DNA of 64,000 nt, taken from Candidatus Neomicrothrix subdominans. GTDB lineage: Bacteria; Actinomycetota; Acidimicrobiia; Acidimicrobiales; Microtrichaceae. Both the position numbers and the translations under genes were made by a program. Numbering within the stretch: position 1 is the first letter of the stretch; the number at the start of each line of letters is the position of its first letter. The notes below the pieces were generated by a model. The model had not been told where the DNA came from. It saw nothing but the letters and a program-made list of their open reading frames with translations, and did not search any database. The stretch is from assembly GCA_016719385.1 (NCBI GenBank), contig JADJZA010000003.1, positions 4,161-68,160 of the forward strand, read 5' to 3'. Below, piece by piece: positions 1 through 9,842 of the stretch.

Positions 1-960
1 AACCATCCTGTTGGTCCCCGTTCGTTCCGGCAGCCAGCCAGAACGTTCGGGGAAGGCCCGTTGCCGGCTGATGCCGGCGGGATGGGACGGAGGGCCCGTA
101 GTAGTTCGAGGCCGGGAAAGCCGGTCGCATGGCGAAGGGGCCCAGTGTGTTCGCAGCCACAATGCTGACCGAGGAGTCCGCTGGTGAATACCGGCGAACC
201 GTTCCCCGACCTCTATGAGGCCGAGTATCGGGTACTCGTGATGCAACAGAAGCTGCACCAATGGGCGATGGCCGATCGTGGCCGTCGTTTCGATGATGTG
301 TTCAACCTCGTCTATGACCCGGCGTTCCTTGTTGTTGCAGGGCGTCGGGTTCGGGGCAACAAGGGGGGACGAACCGCCGGAGTCGACGGGGTGAAACCTG
401 CCTCGATCGTGTTCGGTGTTGAGAAGTTGCTGTCCGGGCTGCGAGATGACCTCAAGGCCCGCCGGTTCACGCCTCAACGGGTGCGGGAGAAGACGATCCC
501 CAAAGCGTCGGGCAAAGTCCGACGTCTGGGGATCCCGACTGTCGCAGACCGGGTCGTTCAGGCCTCGTTGAAGCTGGTGCTCGAGCCGATCTTCGAGGCG
601 GACTTCAAACCATGTTCGTATGGTTTCCGTCCGAAGCGCCGAGCCCAGGACGCTATCGCTGAGATTCATCATCTTGGGTCACCCAACAGGAATTATCATT
701 GGGTGTTCGAGGCAGATATCAAGGCGTGCTTCGATGAGATCGACCACACCGCCCTGATGGGTCGTTTGCGAGACCGCATCGGAGACAAACGGGTTCTGGG
801 CCTGGTGAAGGCGTTCCTGAAAGCTGGTGTCCTCACCGAGGACGGCAGCGCGAAGGCGACGATCACCGGCACCCCACAAGGTGGCATCCTCTCACCGCTG
901 CTGGCCAACATCGCCCTGTCCGTGCTGGACGAGCACTTCACCCAGAAATGGGAAGCACTC
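1..960 (+). mobile_element. Group II intron remnant (domain IV leader plus 5' part of RT ORF); window starts inside it
   Basis: nt ~60-190 match by eye the reverse complement of ~21215-21340 upstream of the intact intron RT (shared gggcccgtagtag..gag.cgggaaagccg..catggcgaaggggccc). RT homology is lost near nt ~960. Confidence 0.6.
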
Positions 961-1512
961 GGCTCAGCGGGGGCACGTCAGAGGCATCGTCGCGCCGGTG
1001 TCAGAGGCCCGTACATGCCCGATGGTCTGCACAGCGCGGCGGTCGGCAACGAACCGGGGGAAGCCCTGGCTTGGACGGCCCTCAAGTGGCGGCCCGACGA
1101 ACCGGTCCGAGTCGCCCACTATTGGAAGGACCCACCCGCCACACTCGATCGACTTGACGCTGTGGCAGGAACGTTCGAGGGCACGGCCCACCCGTGGCTG
1201 GCCGTGATCGCTGGTATGGCAGACCTCTGGCCGCTAGGCGGCCAGGAGGAGAGTGACGTAAGCCCACTGCACCTCTTTTGGGTGCGAGACGATCAGGGGC
1301 GCCGCTCGGTTGACCTGTCGGTACGAAGTGTTCTGAACGCCCAAACCTGGCTCCCCTACCTTGTCGCATTGGGCTCGTTAGCGGCGCTCGATGAGGCGGA
1401 GGTTCGCCAGCTCTGCAACTCGGTGATGTCGGGTGGGATCAACCGGGTGATCGGCGGCCTCTCCGCCGGAGCGCAGCCCTTCTTGACCCTGTACCTCTCG
1501 GCCGAACTCTGA
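184..1512 (+). pseudogene. Truncated group II intron reverse transcriptase with an unrelated C-terminal ~180 aa
   Basis: The first ~260 aa parallel the 19790..21322 RT (RLGIPTVADRVVQASLKLVLEPIFEADF, GTPQGGILSPLLANIALSVLD). After HFTQKWEALG the sequence diverges. I found no YADD motif or maturase region. Confidence 0.6.
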
Positions 1513-1534
1513 TCGGCATTGCAGCGATCCCCGG

Positions 1535-3559
1535 CTAGGCCCGTTTTCCGCACGTAGAGGCCACATGGGGTCGATGTCGGGTTGAGGTTGTGGCGGTCTG
1601 GGTGGGCCGGGTTCGTTGCTATGACTGGGTTCCAGGCCGGGTTGGGTGCCGTTCATGGTCCTTCACGCGGACACGACAGGGAGCGTTTGTGGGGACAACA
1701 TTCGGGTGGGTTTGGACGTTGACGTGCCTGATTCCCGTTGCAATGACAGGCTTGTAGTTTAGGTCGAGTGCTGGTAGTGTGTGGACAACATGTTCACTAA
1801 GCGTGTCACCGTCAAACGGGGCGATAAGACCTACGTGTACCTGAAACTGGTCGAGTCCTACAGAGATGGCGGCCGGGTCCGTCAACGCGTGATCGCCAAT
1901 TTGGGTCGCGAGGACGACCTCAAAGCGTCGGGACAACTCGAAGCGTTGGCAGCATCGTTCGCACGTCTCGAACCGCCGATGGTCGGGGTCCGCCGAGATG
2001 TCGGCGCCCTGCTGATCGTCGCCGACCTCTTGGAGCGTCTCGACCTTCAACGGACCGTTGACCGTCACGTCCCCCAACGCGGGACCGCCATGTTGTCCTG
2101 CGGTGAGGTCATCACAGCACTCATCGCGAACCGGATGTGTGGACCCTCCCCGCTCTATGACGTCGCCGGATGGGCCACCTCGGCTGCGATCCACGAACGC
2201 CTCGGGATCCCCGGGATGCTCCTCAACGACGACCGGCTCGGACGGGCCCTCGAACAGTTCGCGCCGATCTCGGACACTGTCCGTTCCGAGCTGATGCTGA
2301 AGGCGATCGACCGGTTCGGGATCGACGCCGGACGCCTCCATTTGGACCTCACCTGCATCCCGGTCTCCGGCGCCTTCGAGGACTCCACGATGATCGCCAA
2401 AGGGTGGGGACCCACCGGTGTGAAACACCAAACCAAACTGCTGTGCGCTACGAACCCCAAAGGTGTTGCGCTCTACACCCGACCGTTCCCCGGCAACACC
2501 GCCGAACTCTCAGCAATCGCCGACAGCCTCGAGATGATCGCCGCGAACTCCAAACCCGGACTGATCATCTGCGCGGACTCCGCCCTGGGGCACATCAAGA
2601 ACCTGGCCGCCGCCGATCAGGCCGGACTCCGTTTCGTGGTCCCCCTCCGCTCATCGACCGGGTTCCGCGAGAAATTCCTCACCGAGATCGGACCCGACCA
2701 GATGGTCCCCCTCCGATACGTCGCCAAACGCGAAGCCAACCTCCCCACCGGCCAACGCACCCAATACCTGGGGGCCCTCGCACCATTCGACACGATCAAC
2801 CCCGAAACCCAACAACCGTTCAACTGCCGGGTCGCGTACATCTGGTCATCCGAAGAAGCCACCTCAGTCGCCGACGGACGAGAACGCGCGCTCGCCAAAG
2901 CCGAAACGCTGCTCACCAAAGTCCGTAACGGGCTCGGCGGCCGCTACTACAAAACCCAGAAAGACGTCGACAACCGGGTCGCGGTCGTCATCGGCCACAA
3001 AATCAGGCCGTTCCTCACCGTCACCACCAGCACCGAACCCGACACCAACAAACCCACCATCAGCTGGGAACGCAACACCCATGCCATCACCAACACCGCA
3101 CGAACCGATGGCATCTACGCGCTCGCCACCAACATTCCCGGCAACATCACCGCCACCCGGATCCTCAAAATCTACAAAGACCAGCCACTCGTCGAGATCC
3201 GCCACCGAGAAGCCAAAGGCCCCCTCAAAGTCCGGCCGATCTTCCTCCACAACGACGACCGCATCACCGCCATGCTCTCCATCGTCGGGATCGCGCTCCT
3301 CGTCTACGGGCTCATCGAAACCCAACTCCGAACCGCGACCAACAACCAGCCAATCCCCGGCCTCTACCCCGAAAACCGGCCAGCCCTACCCACCGGCCGA
3401 AACACCCTCACCGCGTTCCAAGGACTCGGACTCACCTACACCCACCACGGCATCCGACTCGACCGCCTCACCACCACCCAACGAACCATCCTCAACCACC
3501 TCAACATCACCCCACCATGGGAAGAACAAGACCTCCCCAACTGCGGAAAACGGGGCTAG
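1535..3559 (+). mobile_element. IS1634-family insertion sequence
   Basis: Imperfect 18-bp terminal inverted repeat: ctaggcccgttttccgca (1535-1552) versus tgcggaaaacggggctag (3542-3559). Encloses a single IS1634-type transposase ORF. No target duplication recognised. Confidence 0.6.
1781..3559 (+). CDS. IS1634 family (IS4-like DDE) transposase
   Basis: 592-aa ORF. The N-terminus VTVKRGDKTYVYLKLVESYRDGGRVRQRVIANLGRED is the characteristic IS1634 transposase opening. Confidence 0.75.
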   Translation: MDNMFTKRVTVKRGDKTYVYLKLVESYRDGGRVRQRVIANLGREDDLKASGQLEALAASFARLEPPMVGVRRDVGALLIVADLLERLDLQRTVDRHVPQRGTAMLSCGEVITALIANRMCGPSPLYDVAGWATSAAIHERLGIPGMLLNDDRLGRALEQFAPISDTVRSELMLKAIDRFGIDAGRLHLDLTCIPVSGAFEDSTMIAKGWGPTGVKHQTKLLCATNPKGVALYTRPFPGNTAELSAIADSLEMIAANSKPGLIICADSALGHIKNLAAADQAGLRFVVPLRSSTGFREKFLTEIGPDQMVPLRYVAKREANLPTGQRTQYLGALAPFDTINPETQQPFNCRVAYIWSSEEATSVADGRERALAKAETLLTKVRNGLGGRYYKTQKDVDNRVAVVIGHKIRPFLTVTTSTEPDTNKPTISWERNTHAITNTARTDGIYALATNIPGNITATRILKIYKDQPLVEIRHREAKGPLKVRPIFLHNDDRITAMLSIVGIALLVYGLIETQLRTATNNQPIPGLYPENRPALPTGRNTLTAFQGLGLTYTHHGIRLDRLTTTQRTILNHLNITPPWEEQDLPNCGKRG

Positions 3560-3591
3560 GATTTGCCATCGTCGGACTACGAGGAGGGTCA

Positions 3592-4041
3592 GTGGAAGAC
3601 CTCAGCAGAATTTCTGAGTTCGCGGCCACGCGCCACGACGGGGAGCGCTGGTCGAGCAAGGAACTCGAAGGCACCTGGGCGCTCCTTTGGTGGTATCCGA
3701 AGGCCAGCACGCCGGGATGTGCAGCTGAAGGCCGCGCATTTGCCGACCACGCTCCCGAGTTCGACGAGCAGGGTTGTACCGTGTTTGGCCTCTCACTCGA
3801 TACCCCACAGGACAACCGCTCGTTTCGGGACGAGCACGACATGCCATTTGCGCTGCTCTCCGTGGACAACTTGGTTGCCACAGCGTTCGGAGTGCTGAGG
3901 GCGGTCGACTCGGAGCACGCGGAGCGGCGGAGCTTCCTGGTCCGACCGGACGGGTCTGTGGCCAAGGCCTACAACGTGGCGAACCCCGAGGATCACGCAC
4001 AAGACGTGCTCGACGACTTGGACGACCTCCTGGGTGGCTGA
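3592..4041 (+). CDS. bcp: Peroxiredoxin, Bcp/AhpC-TSA family
   Basis: WWYPKASTPGC peroxidatic Cys motif and overall Bcp-like layout. GTG at 3592 chosen because the ORF upstream overlaps the IS1634 end. Confidence 0.7.
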   Translation: MEDLSRISEFAATRHDGERWSSKELEGTWALLWWYPKASTPGCAAEGRAFADHAPEFDEQGCTVFGLSLDTPQDNRSFRDEHDMPFALLSVDNLVATAFGVLRAVDSEHAERRSFLVRPDGSVAKAYNVANPEDHAQDVLDDLDDLLGG

Positions 4042-5320
4042 CTCGATTGCTAGGTCCGCGCCGCCGGCGAACCAAGTCGAACGATTTTGCATCAGCGTTC
4101 TCGACCACATCCTGGTGATGTCGATCAGCGGGACGGGAGCACATGCGAAGCCGACTGCTCACGCCGTTCGATGGCTGATGAACGACTTGCGCGTCGAGGG
4201 CTTCGATGCGACGGAGAGCGCCGGTTGGATTGATCTCGGAGTCTCGGGCGAACCACCGGAGTTCTGCTTGACGAGTTCGGTTGCCCAGACACGAGACGGT
4301 ATCGACGATGTGGAGGAGGCGTGCCGGACGTTGCTCGGCGTCATCGCCCTGCTGCTCCCCGTATGGACAGCGGAGTCCGAGATCGCCGTTCACGCTGGCG
4401 GGATCGAGGCTGACGGACGCGCTCACATCCTTGTCGGACCATCCGGTGCGGGAAAGTCCACCCTCGTGGCAGCTCTGGCAAGCAGGAAAGCGCCGGTGTT
4501 CGGGGATGAGACCGTCCTCTTGGACCTTGACTCGCTTTCGGTGCGGGGCATCGCCCGCCCCATGGTGCTGGAACCCGAATCTGCCGGGTTCATCCCGGAA
4601 CTTCCCAACGCACCAATCGGATCGGCATTTTTGCCCATCTCTGCGGTCACCAGCCCTGCCGAGGCGAGTCCGCTTGGGCACATCTGGTTTCCCCGATTCG
4701 ACTCAGCGCACAGCGGCGCACCGACAATTCGCTCGCTGAAGCCGGGTCAGGCACTTCTTCGATTTGCGCGTGAGTGTGTCAGTGCGGACGTCGTCGAGGA
4801 GCAAGTGCTCTCGCGGCTCCTCGCGCTTCTGGGCTCGGTCCCGTGTAGCGAGATCGTGCACGGAGACGCCGACCTTGCTGCGATCCGGCTACTGGATCTC
4901 GCCCATTCGCTCGTCAACGAGCTACCAGCCGGGGCGCCTTCGGTTGTGCCTATGAGCATCCCCAGGACATCCGAGCCCACTCGACCGAATTGCACTCGCT
5001 TCGCCTTCGCCACCTCGATTTCGGTACTTCTTGTTGGTGACGAGCTCGTGCTCGCTCAACAGTCGACGCGGCAGGTCGTCGTTCTCAACGACGACGCCGC
5101 AAAGCTGATCCAGGGGGCGACGCCCATTTCCGTTGTGCCTGGAACGCCAGCGTCATCGCTCTTGGAGGAACTCGAAACATGCGGCTTTGCTCGCCGGGTG
5201 GCCGAACCAGGTTCTGGGTTGATCAAGCGGCTTGGCTGGCTGCGCATGTGGGCAGGTTGGCCCACACGTTGGCTTCGAAGCCGTCTCAAGGTCGTCAGAC
5301 TCAAAGCCACTGACTCGTAA
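4034..5320 (+). CDS. HprK-like P-loop kinase fused to a C-terminal PqqD-like (RRE-type) domain
   Basis: VHAGGIEADGRAHILVGPSGAGKSTLVAAL..FGDE resembles the HPr kinase C-terminal fold region. The C-terminal LAQQSTRQVVVLNDDAAKLIQG...LLEELETCGF looks PqqD-like. The GTG start overlaps the bcp stop by 8 nt. Confidence 0.6.
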   Translation: MADSIARSAPPANQVERFCISVLDHILVMSISGTGAHAKPTAHAVRWLMNDLRVEGFDATESAGWIDLGVSGEPPEFCLTSSVAQTRDGIDDVEEACRTLLGVIALLLPVWTAESEIAVHAGGIEADGRAHILVGPSGAGKSTLVAALASRKAPVFGDETVLLDLDSLSVRGIARPMVLEPESAGFIPELPNAPIGSAFLPISAVTSPAEASPLGHIWFPRFDSAHSGAPTIRSLKPGQALLRFARECVSADVVEEQVLSRLLALLGSVPCSEIVHGDADLAAIRLLDLAHSLVNELPAGAPSVVPMSIPRTSEPTRPNCTRFAFATSISVLLVGDELVLAQQSTRQVVVLNDDAAKLIQGATPISVVPGTPASSLLEELETCGFARRVAEPGSGLIKRLGWLRMWAGWPTRWLRSRLKVVRLKATDS

Positions 5321-5354
5321 TCGTGCTCAGCACGGCCCGGCCAGAACACGGTCC

Positions 5355-6359
5355 CTACCAACGGAGTGCATTCGAGTCGGAGATGTGCGCCACCGAAGTG
5401 ACGGTTCCCCGGCGGGTGGCAGCTACTGCCGCTTCGACGACCTGGTGACCATCGTTTCGTAGGTCGTTGCCGAGGAAGCCGTAGAGGGCCACCCTCCATG
5501 CGAGCCAGCCGGGCGACACGCGCAACCGCGATCCGGTCTCGACCACGATGTCCGATATCGGCAGGGACGAACCTCCGTTTGGGTCGGTCAGTGACCCGGC
5601 CTCGCCGTCCACAAGGGCGAGCTCGTCAAACGCCGCCGGTACCCCATTGCGGTCAGCCAGGAACGGCAGCGCTTCGGGTTCCACCAATGTGACACGGCCC
5701 ATTCGAACGATCGGCACCAAGCGAAGACCGATTCCGCGGAATTGGTCGGAGCGAGCAAGGGTCATGCGACCTAACTGACGATTCAAAGCCGCCAGCACCA
5801 GGGGCCTGTCTCCTACCGCCAGCGGTTGAGCGCGTTCATTCCACAATGCCGGCTGCGGGGAGCCGAATCGTTCGAGAGCGAGTCGTTCGGTGAGAACAAA
5901 TCGGACGCTCTCGCCGAGTGGCAGATTCGGGTCCGGTCCCTGGGGAAGAACCGCAGCCAACGCGTCCGCTCCGTCGCGCGTATCGCACAGAACGGACATG
6001 TTGAGATCGCCCACGCGTACCGAAACCGTGTGAACAGCCCCGAGAAACACCGCCTGGGTAAGGGGCGTCACCAGGGTCGCCGGGGGGCGGTAACGATCCG
6101 CTGGCTGCGGGGTGGCAACCACGCTTCCGAGCTGACCGGCCACCAGGGTGACGATCGCCATGGCGCGTTCCGCAGGAACGCCCCCGGTCGTCATCGCAGC
6201 TGCCGCGGCGCCGATCTCCCCATCCGTTCGCTCCAGCTCGTCCGCGGCCCGGAGTTGCAATGGGCCATAGAGGATCGGGAGCGGAAGGCCAGGGTGCCAA
6301 ACGACTGCCTCCGGCCCGAGGTGCGCACACGTGAGCCCGTCGGAGGGTGGCCCAATCAC
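5355..6359 (-). CDS. PqqD-like N-terminal domain protein with a weak kinase-like region that lacks a P-loop
   Basis: N-terminal AHLGPEAVVWHPG...AAADELERTDGEIGAAAAAM resembles PqqD. The GTG at 6359 forms a GTGA overlap with the upstream methyltransferase stop (6356-6358). Similarity to the kinase paralogues is weak and judged by eye. Confidence 0.4.
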   Translation of the reverse strand: MIGPPSDGLTCAHLGPEAVVWHPGLPLPILYGPLQLRAADELERTDGEIGAAAAAMTTGGVPAERAMAIVTLVAGQLGSVVATPQPADRYRPPATLVTPLTQAVFLGAVHTVSVRVGDLNMSVLCDTRDGADALAAVLPQGPDPNLPLGESVRFVLTERLALERFGSPQPALWNERAQPLAVGDRPLVLAALNRQLGRMTLARSDQFRGIGLRLVPIVRMGRVTLVEPEALPFLADRNGVPAAFDELALVDGEAGSLTDPNGGSSLPISDIVVETGSRLRVSPGWLAWRVALYGFLGNDLRNDGHQVVEAAVAATRRGTVTSVAHISDSNALRW

Positions 6360-7388
6360 GTCGGTTTCAGCGCCTCGATCACGATGCCGTCGAGTCGCCA
6401 TTCACGTTGTTTGAGGGGACTGATCCCCGCTCGGACGTTGATGTCGACGAAACCGGCATTGGCGAGGACCTGCCTCCATTCGCCAACCGGAAAGCGAAGG
6501 CACCGCAGCACGGCCAGGCGACTTGGGCCGTCCATGTCGGCCAACGGTCGGTGATCGTCGAGTCCGACGTCTGCAATACACAGTCGCCCACCCGGCCGGA
6601 GCACCCGGCTTGCCTCTGCGAACGCCGAAATATCTGGCAGGAGCAGGCAGAACAGGCCGTTGGCAATCACCCGGTCCATGCAGCGTGAAGCGATCGGGAG
6701 TGACTGTGCCTTCGCCTGGGCAACTCGCGGCGTCCGGCCGGACATGCGGGCCTCCGATGCGAACCGGGCCGCCATCTCGAATGTGAAGTCGATGCCCCAA
6801 CCCAGGGCACCAGCAGACTCCGCGACGGCGAGGTCGAAGCCGGTTCCACAGGCGAGGTCGAGCGCGTTCCCCTTGGGTAACGGGCATCAGCATGAACGGA
6901 TTACCAAGGCCCACGAAGGTCTCGACGACCCCTGGGGGCACGCTGGCCACCAGATCCTCGGGATACCCGCAACGTCGTGCCAACGCTGCGCCCGACTCGA
7001 ACGCTGGCTCCGTCCCCTCGCCGTTGGCCACGCGGGCATGGTGTGCCTGGGTCGGGTGCGCCCGAGTGGCAGCGGGCGGGGCGACGGCGTTGTCCGATGG
7101 ACGCGTCGCCGGGCTGGGCCGTCCGGTCGGCTCGGGGTGAGCGAGGACCCCTCGATACGACCCGACGACGACATCAGCGAGCTTGGGCTCCAACGACGCA
7201 AACATGCCGTGGCTGGGACGCTGGAACAACGAGGCGAGTTCGACGCCCCGGAACGAGTCAGCTTCGCGCTGGCGGGCGGCGAGCTGTTCAAAGTAGTCGT
7301 CCCCTTCTTGCGAAGCGTCCGGGCTGCGAGGGCTCTCCGAAGGTCTGCGGTCCACTCCGAGGTATGTTATCCATCCGTGAGCAGCCAT
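6356..7388 (-). pseudogene. SAM-dependent methyltransferase (ArsM-like), frameshifted or carrying a sequencing error
   Basis: The upstream frame ends CGYPEDLVASVPPGVVETFVGLGNPFMLMPVTQG. A +1 frame continues KGNALDLACGTGFDL...LRPGGRLCIADV (motif I and post-I). The frame change lies in a G-run near 6866-6870. Confidence 0.6.
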
Positions 7389-8573
7389 AAATGGGAAGAC
7401 CTGCTCGGCGCCGAGCCGCTTCGGGTCTCCGACGACCGGGCTTGGCTGAACGTTCCGGGTGGGGCGCTACTGATCGCGGCTCGGCCCCGCCGGCTCGCGT
7501 ACGTTGACGACGTCGGCGCCGAGCTGATTCGACAGCTCTCTTCCGGGGCGGTCCAAGGCCTGGCGCACGATCTGGCCGCAGCCCTCCGGGTGACGCCAGC
7601 CGAGGCCGATGCGTCCATCGGACAGATGGTGGCATCGCTCCACGATGCTGGCCTCGTGAAAGCAGGGCCGTTGTTCGTCGAGGCTTGGGCCGCCAGGGGA
7701 ACGCTCCCGCCAGCGTCCAGGCCGGTGCGCACTCTCAACCCGCCCCTCCCGGTCCTCGGTGACACCCGCGGGCTACTGGCAGGGCCGACCTCAGACAGCG
7801 CCGTGTGCGTGCAGGAGCAGCTCAGGTTCGGGCATCGACTGCCAACCGCAGAGGTGGACTGCAACGGCCTGAAGCTGACCCTCCGATGCTCGGAACCGTT
7901 CGACCCTCTGTTACCCGACCGTGTCGAGAGCAGCGGTGGTCGACCACTACGCCGACGTGAACCCCAGACGACAGCCCACCTGCATCTACTCTCGACGAGT
8001 GCCAGCTCAGACCGGTGGAAGCTCCTCAGCGGCGAAGGACGGTTGATCGGTCAGGGTCGGGACCACCAGGGAGCGTGGCAAGCCCTCGCCTGTGAGCTGG
8101 ACCTCGTCGAGGAGCTGGGCGGGCAACAACCGGCCCCACACTCCTCAGCGAACCTCAGAGTGCTGTCCTGTGCGTCCGGCCCGATGCTGATTCCCGGGAT
8201 CGACGGTGACCGCCTGGTTCGCTTCTCCCGACGCCTAGGCCGCGCTGGCATTTCGGTCGATTGCGGGCATCGTGTGCTCATCAGGAACGCAACCTCGCAG
8301 GAAGGCGTTCCCGGCAACACCCTCGTCCGAACAGGGCCGGATCTGTGGGTTCGACCGGCCGGGATCATCGTGCCGCACCGCCTCCGGAAGGCCATCCCGA
8401 TCGTTGCCGCCCTTGTGGCCTTCGCTGCGATCGACTCGGATTCGGCGGTCGTTCTCGACGTCCTCGTCCGGTTGGTCCGGACGTTCGTCGAGCTGCCCCC
8501 ACTCTTCGTGAACCCGGTCGACGATGACGGAGCCTTCGCTACCGCGATTATCGACAAGCTGGGCCCGGCCTAG
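7377..8573 (+). CDS. PqqD-like N-terminal domain protein with a degenerate HprK-like region
   Basis: LRVSDDRAWLNVPGGALLIAARPRRLAYVDDVGAELIRQL...LHDAGLV is PqqD-like. SGPMLIPGIDGDRLVRFSRRLGRAGISVDCGHRVLI aligns by eye to GQLVLLPAPSGNGKSTLTGAFVAAGWDYLGDEAIGV of 48222..49352, with the P-loop lost. The part of ORF 6660..8573 upstream of 7377 is antisense to the methyltransferase. Confidence 0.5.
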   Translation: MSSHKWEDLLGAEPLRVSDDRAWLNVPGGALLIAARPRRLAYVDDVGAELIRQLSSGAVQGLAHDLAAALRVTPAEADASIGQMVASLHDAGLVKAGPLFVEAWAARGTLPPASRPVRTLNPPLPVLGDTRGLLAGPTSDSAVCVQEQLRFGHRLPTAEVDCNGLKLTLRCSEPFDPLLPDRVESSGGRPLRRREPQTTAHLHLLSTSASSDRWKLLSGEGRLIGQGRDHQGAWQALACELDLVEELGGQQPAPHSSANLRVLSCASGPMLIPGIDGDRLVRFSRRLGRAGISVDCGHRVLIRNATSQEGVPGNTLVRTGPDLWVRPAGIIVPHRLRKAIPIVAALVAFAAIDSDSAVVLDVLVRLVRTFVELPPLFVNPVDDDGAFATAIIDKLGPA

Positions 8574-8619
8574 GCCCTCGTCACAGCCTGGGGCTACCGG
8601 GGTCGCCGTTGCCTGTCGG

Positions 8620-9237
8620 CTACCTGTTCTCGCCGCTGTAGCGGCCACCAGGATTTACTTTCGACTCGGGGGAAAGCCCGAGGGCTGGCCGTCGGTCAAA
8701 CCGGTACTCGGCCTCCGGCCCGTCGCGCTCCACGTAGTGGAGAAATACCTGGAGGTAGTCACCAGCTTCGCGATGCGGGCGGGAATGAGGTATCTCGCGC
8801 CCCTTGACTAGCAGCAGGTCACCCGGGTCAAGCTCGATCCGAACCTTCGCACCGCAAGCGTCTTCCAACTCGAAAGGCCACGGCTCCCCCCAATTCGCTA
8901 GGTGGACGGTGGCGGTGTGCCCGCACGCGTCTCGGTCGCGATGGCGAATCAGCTCGCAAGGCGGACGGTACCACCGCAGATACGAATAGGTCGGCTCTAG
9001 CTCTGTCGCAGCAACTTCACTCAGCGCACCAACAAAACCAGCGCACAACGTGTCGAACGCTGGGTCGCCGTACTTCGCCACCGTGTTGCCGAATGCTGGG
9101 TCGCTGACCAGTTGCCTGCCGGAGTTGAGCGTGTGGGCACACGCAACCAGGAACTGCACCAAACTGGGATCTACTGCGCCCCTCGCCACGACGTAGCCGC
9201 GCTCTCGGTAGCTAGTCGCAGGGTCTGTCCCTCTCAC
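8620..9237 (-). CDS. 2OG-Fe(II) oxygenase-like protein
   Basis: IRHRDRD (HxD) ... DPGDLLLVKGREIPHSRP (distal His) pattern. The GTG start overlaps the upstream stop (GTGA, 9234-9237). Confidence 0.5.
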   Translation of the reverse strand: MRGTDPATSYRERGYVVARGAVDPSLVQFLVACAHTLNSGRQLVSDPAFGNTVAKYGDPAFDTLCAGFVGALSEVAATELEPTYSYLRWYRPPCELIRHRDRDACGHTATVHLANWGEPWPFELEDACGAKVRIELDPGDLLLVKGREIPHSRPHREAGDYLQVFLHYVERDGPEAEYRFDRRPALGLSPESKVNPGGRYSGENR

Positions 9238-9842
9238 CAGCCTGCTCCTGGTTCCTCCGGGGAAGCGAGCCGCCAGGAAGCGTCCCCGACCGGCCCCACG
9301 TACTCAACGCGCAAAACGAGGATGACCGCAGGCGACGTGGACGCGGGTATCCAACGGGAGGAACCTGAAAGCATGACCAACGTGCCCGGCCGCAGTTGCA
9401 TCGAGCCGCTCGATACCTGCCAGTCGCCGGAATCGGGCCAAAGAGATGCATCCAACGCCAGATCGGGTACCTGCGCTATCTCGACGGGGTCCGACCCGGC
9501 GAGCTGGATCACCGCGCACAAGGCACCACCGGAGGAGTAGGCAACTGCTTCCCCGCCCACGACAGTGGTGATGAGGTCGCCCGAGATCCGTGTCAGATCC
9601 GAACCCGACCTCCATTCCACAATGTGTGCAGACGCCTCGGCTACCACATCCTCGATAGCCGCCAAAGGTTCGGCTGGCAACTGGTTGGCTGACCTCCATC
9701 CGGTGGCAGCCTGCAGGTCGATACCCACCAGCAGTTCCGGATCGAAGGTGAAAGTGTGGGCGCTCCTGCCGAACCACCGAAGCTGTTGAACGTCGACAAA
9801 TCCTTGAACCAGGTCGGTCCCGACTGCGAGTTCATCACTCAT
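9234..9842 (-). CDS. Hypothetical protein, possibly cupin-like
   Basis: Coding-like ORF. The ATG at 9842 overlaps the stop of the upstream gene (9835-9837). No motif recognised. Confidence 0.4.
   Translation of the reverse strand: MSDELAVGTDLVQGFVDVQQLRWFGRSAHTFTFDPELLVGIDLQAATGWRSANQLPAEPLAAIEDVVAEASAHIVEWRSGSDLTRISGDLITTVVGGEAVAYSSGGALCAVIQLAGSDPVEIAQVPDLALDASLWPDSGDWQVSSGSMQLRPGTLVMLSGSSRWIPASTSPAVILVLRVEYVGPVGDASWRLASPEEPGAGW

Noticed and set aside
3602-4681. 359-aa minus-strand ORF spanning the bcp and kinase genes
   Set aside because: It is Arg/Pro/Gly-rich with no motifs. It is antisense to two ORFs with clear family signatures, which is typical shadow ORF behaviour in high-GC DNA.
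6660-7376. N-terminal 240 aa of the 637-aa plus-strand ORF 6660..8573
   Set aside because: This part is antisense to the methyltransferase and has Arg/Pro-rich composition. PqqD-like homology begins only after the GTG at 7377.
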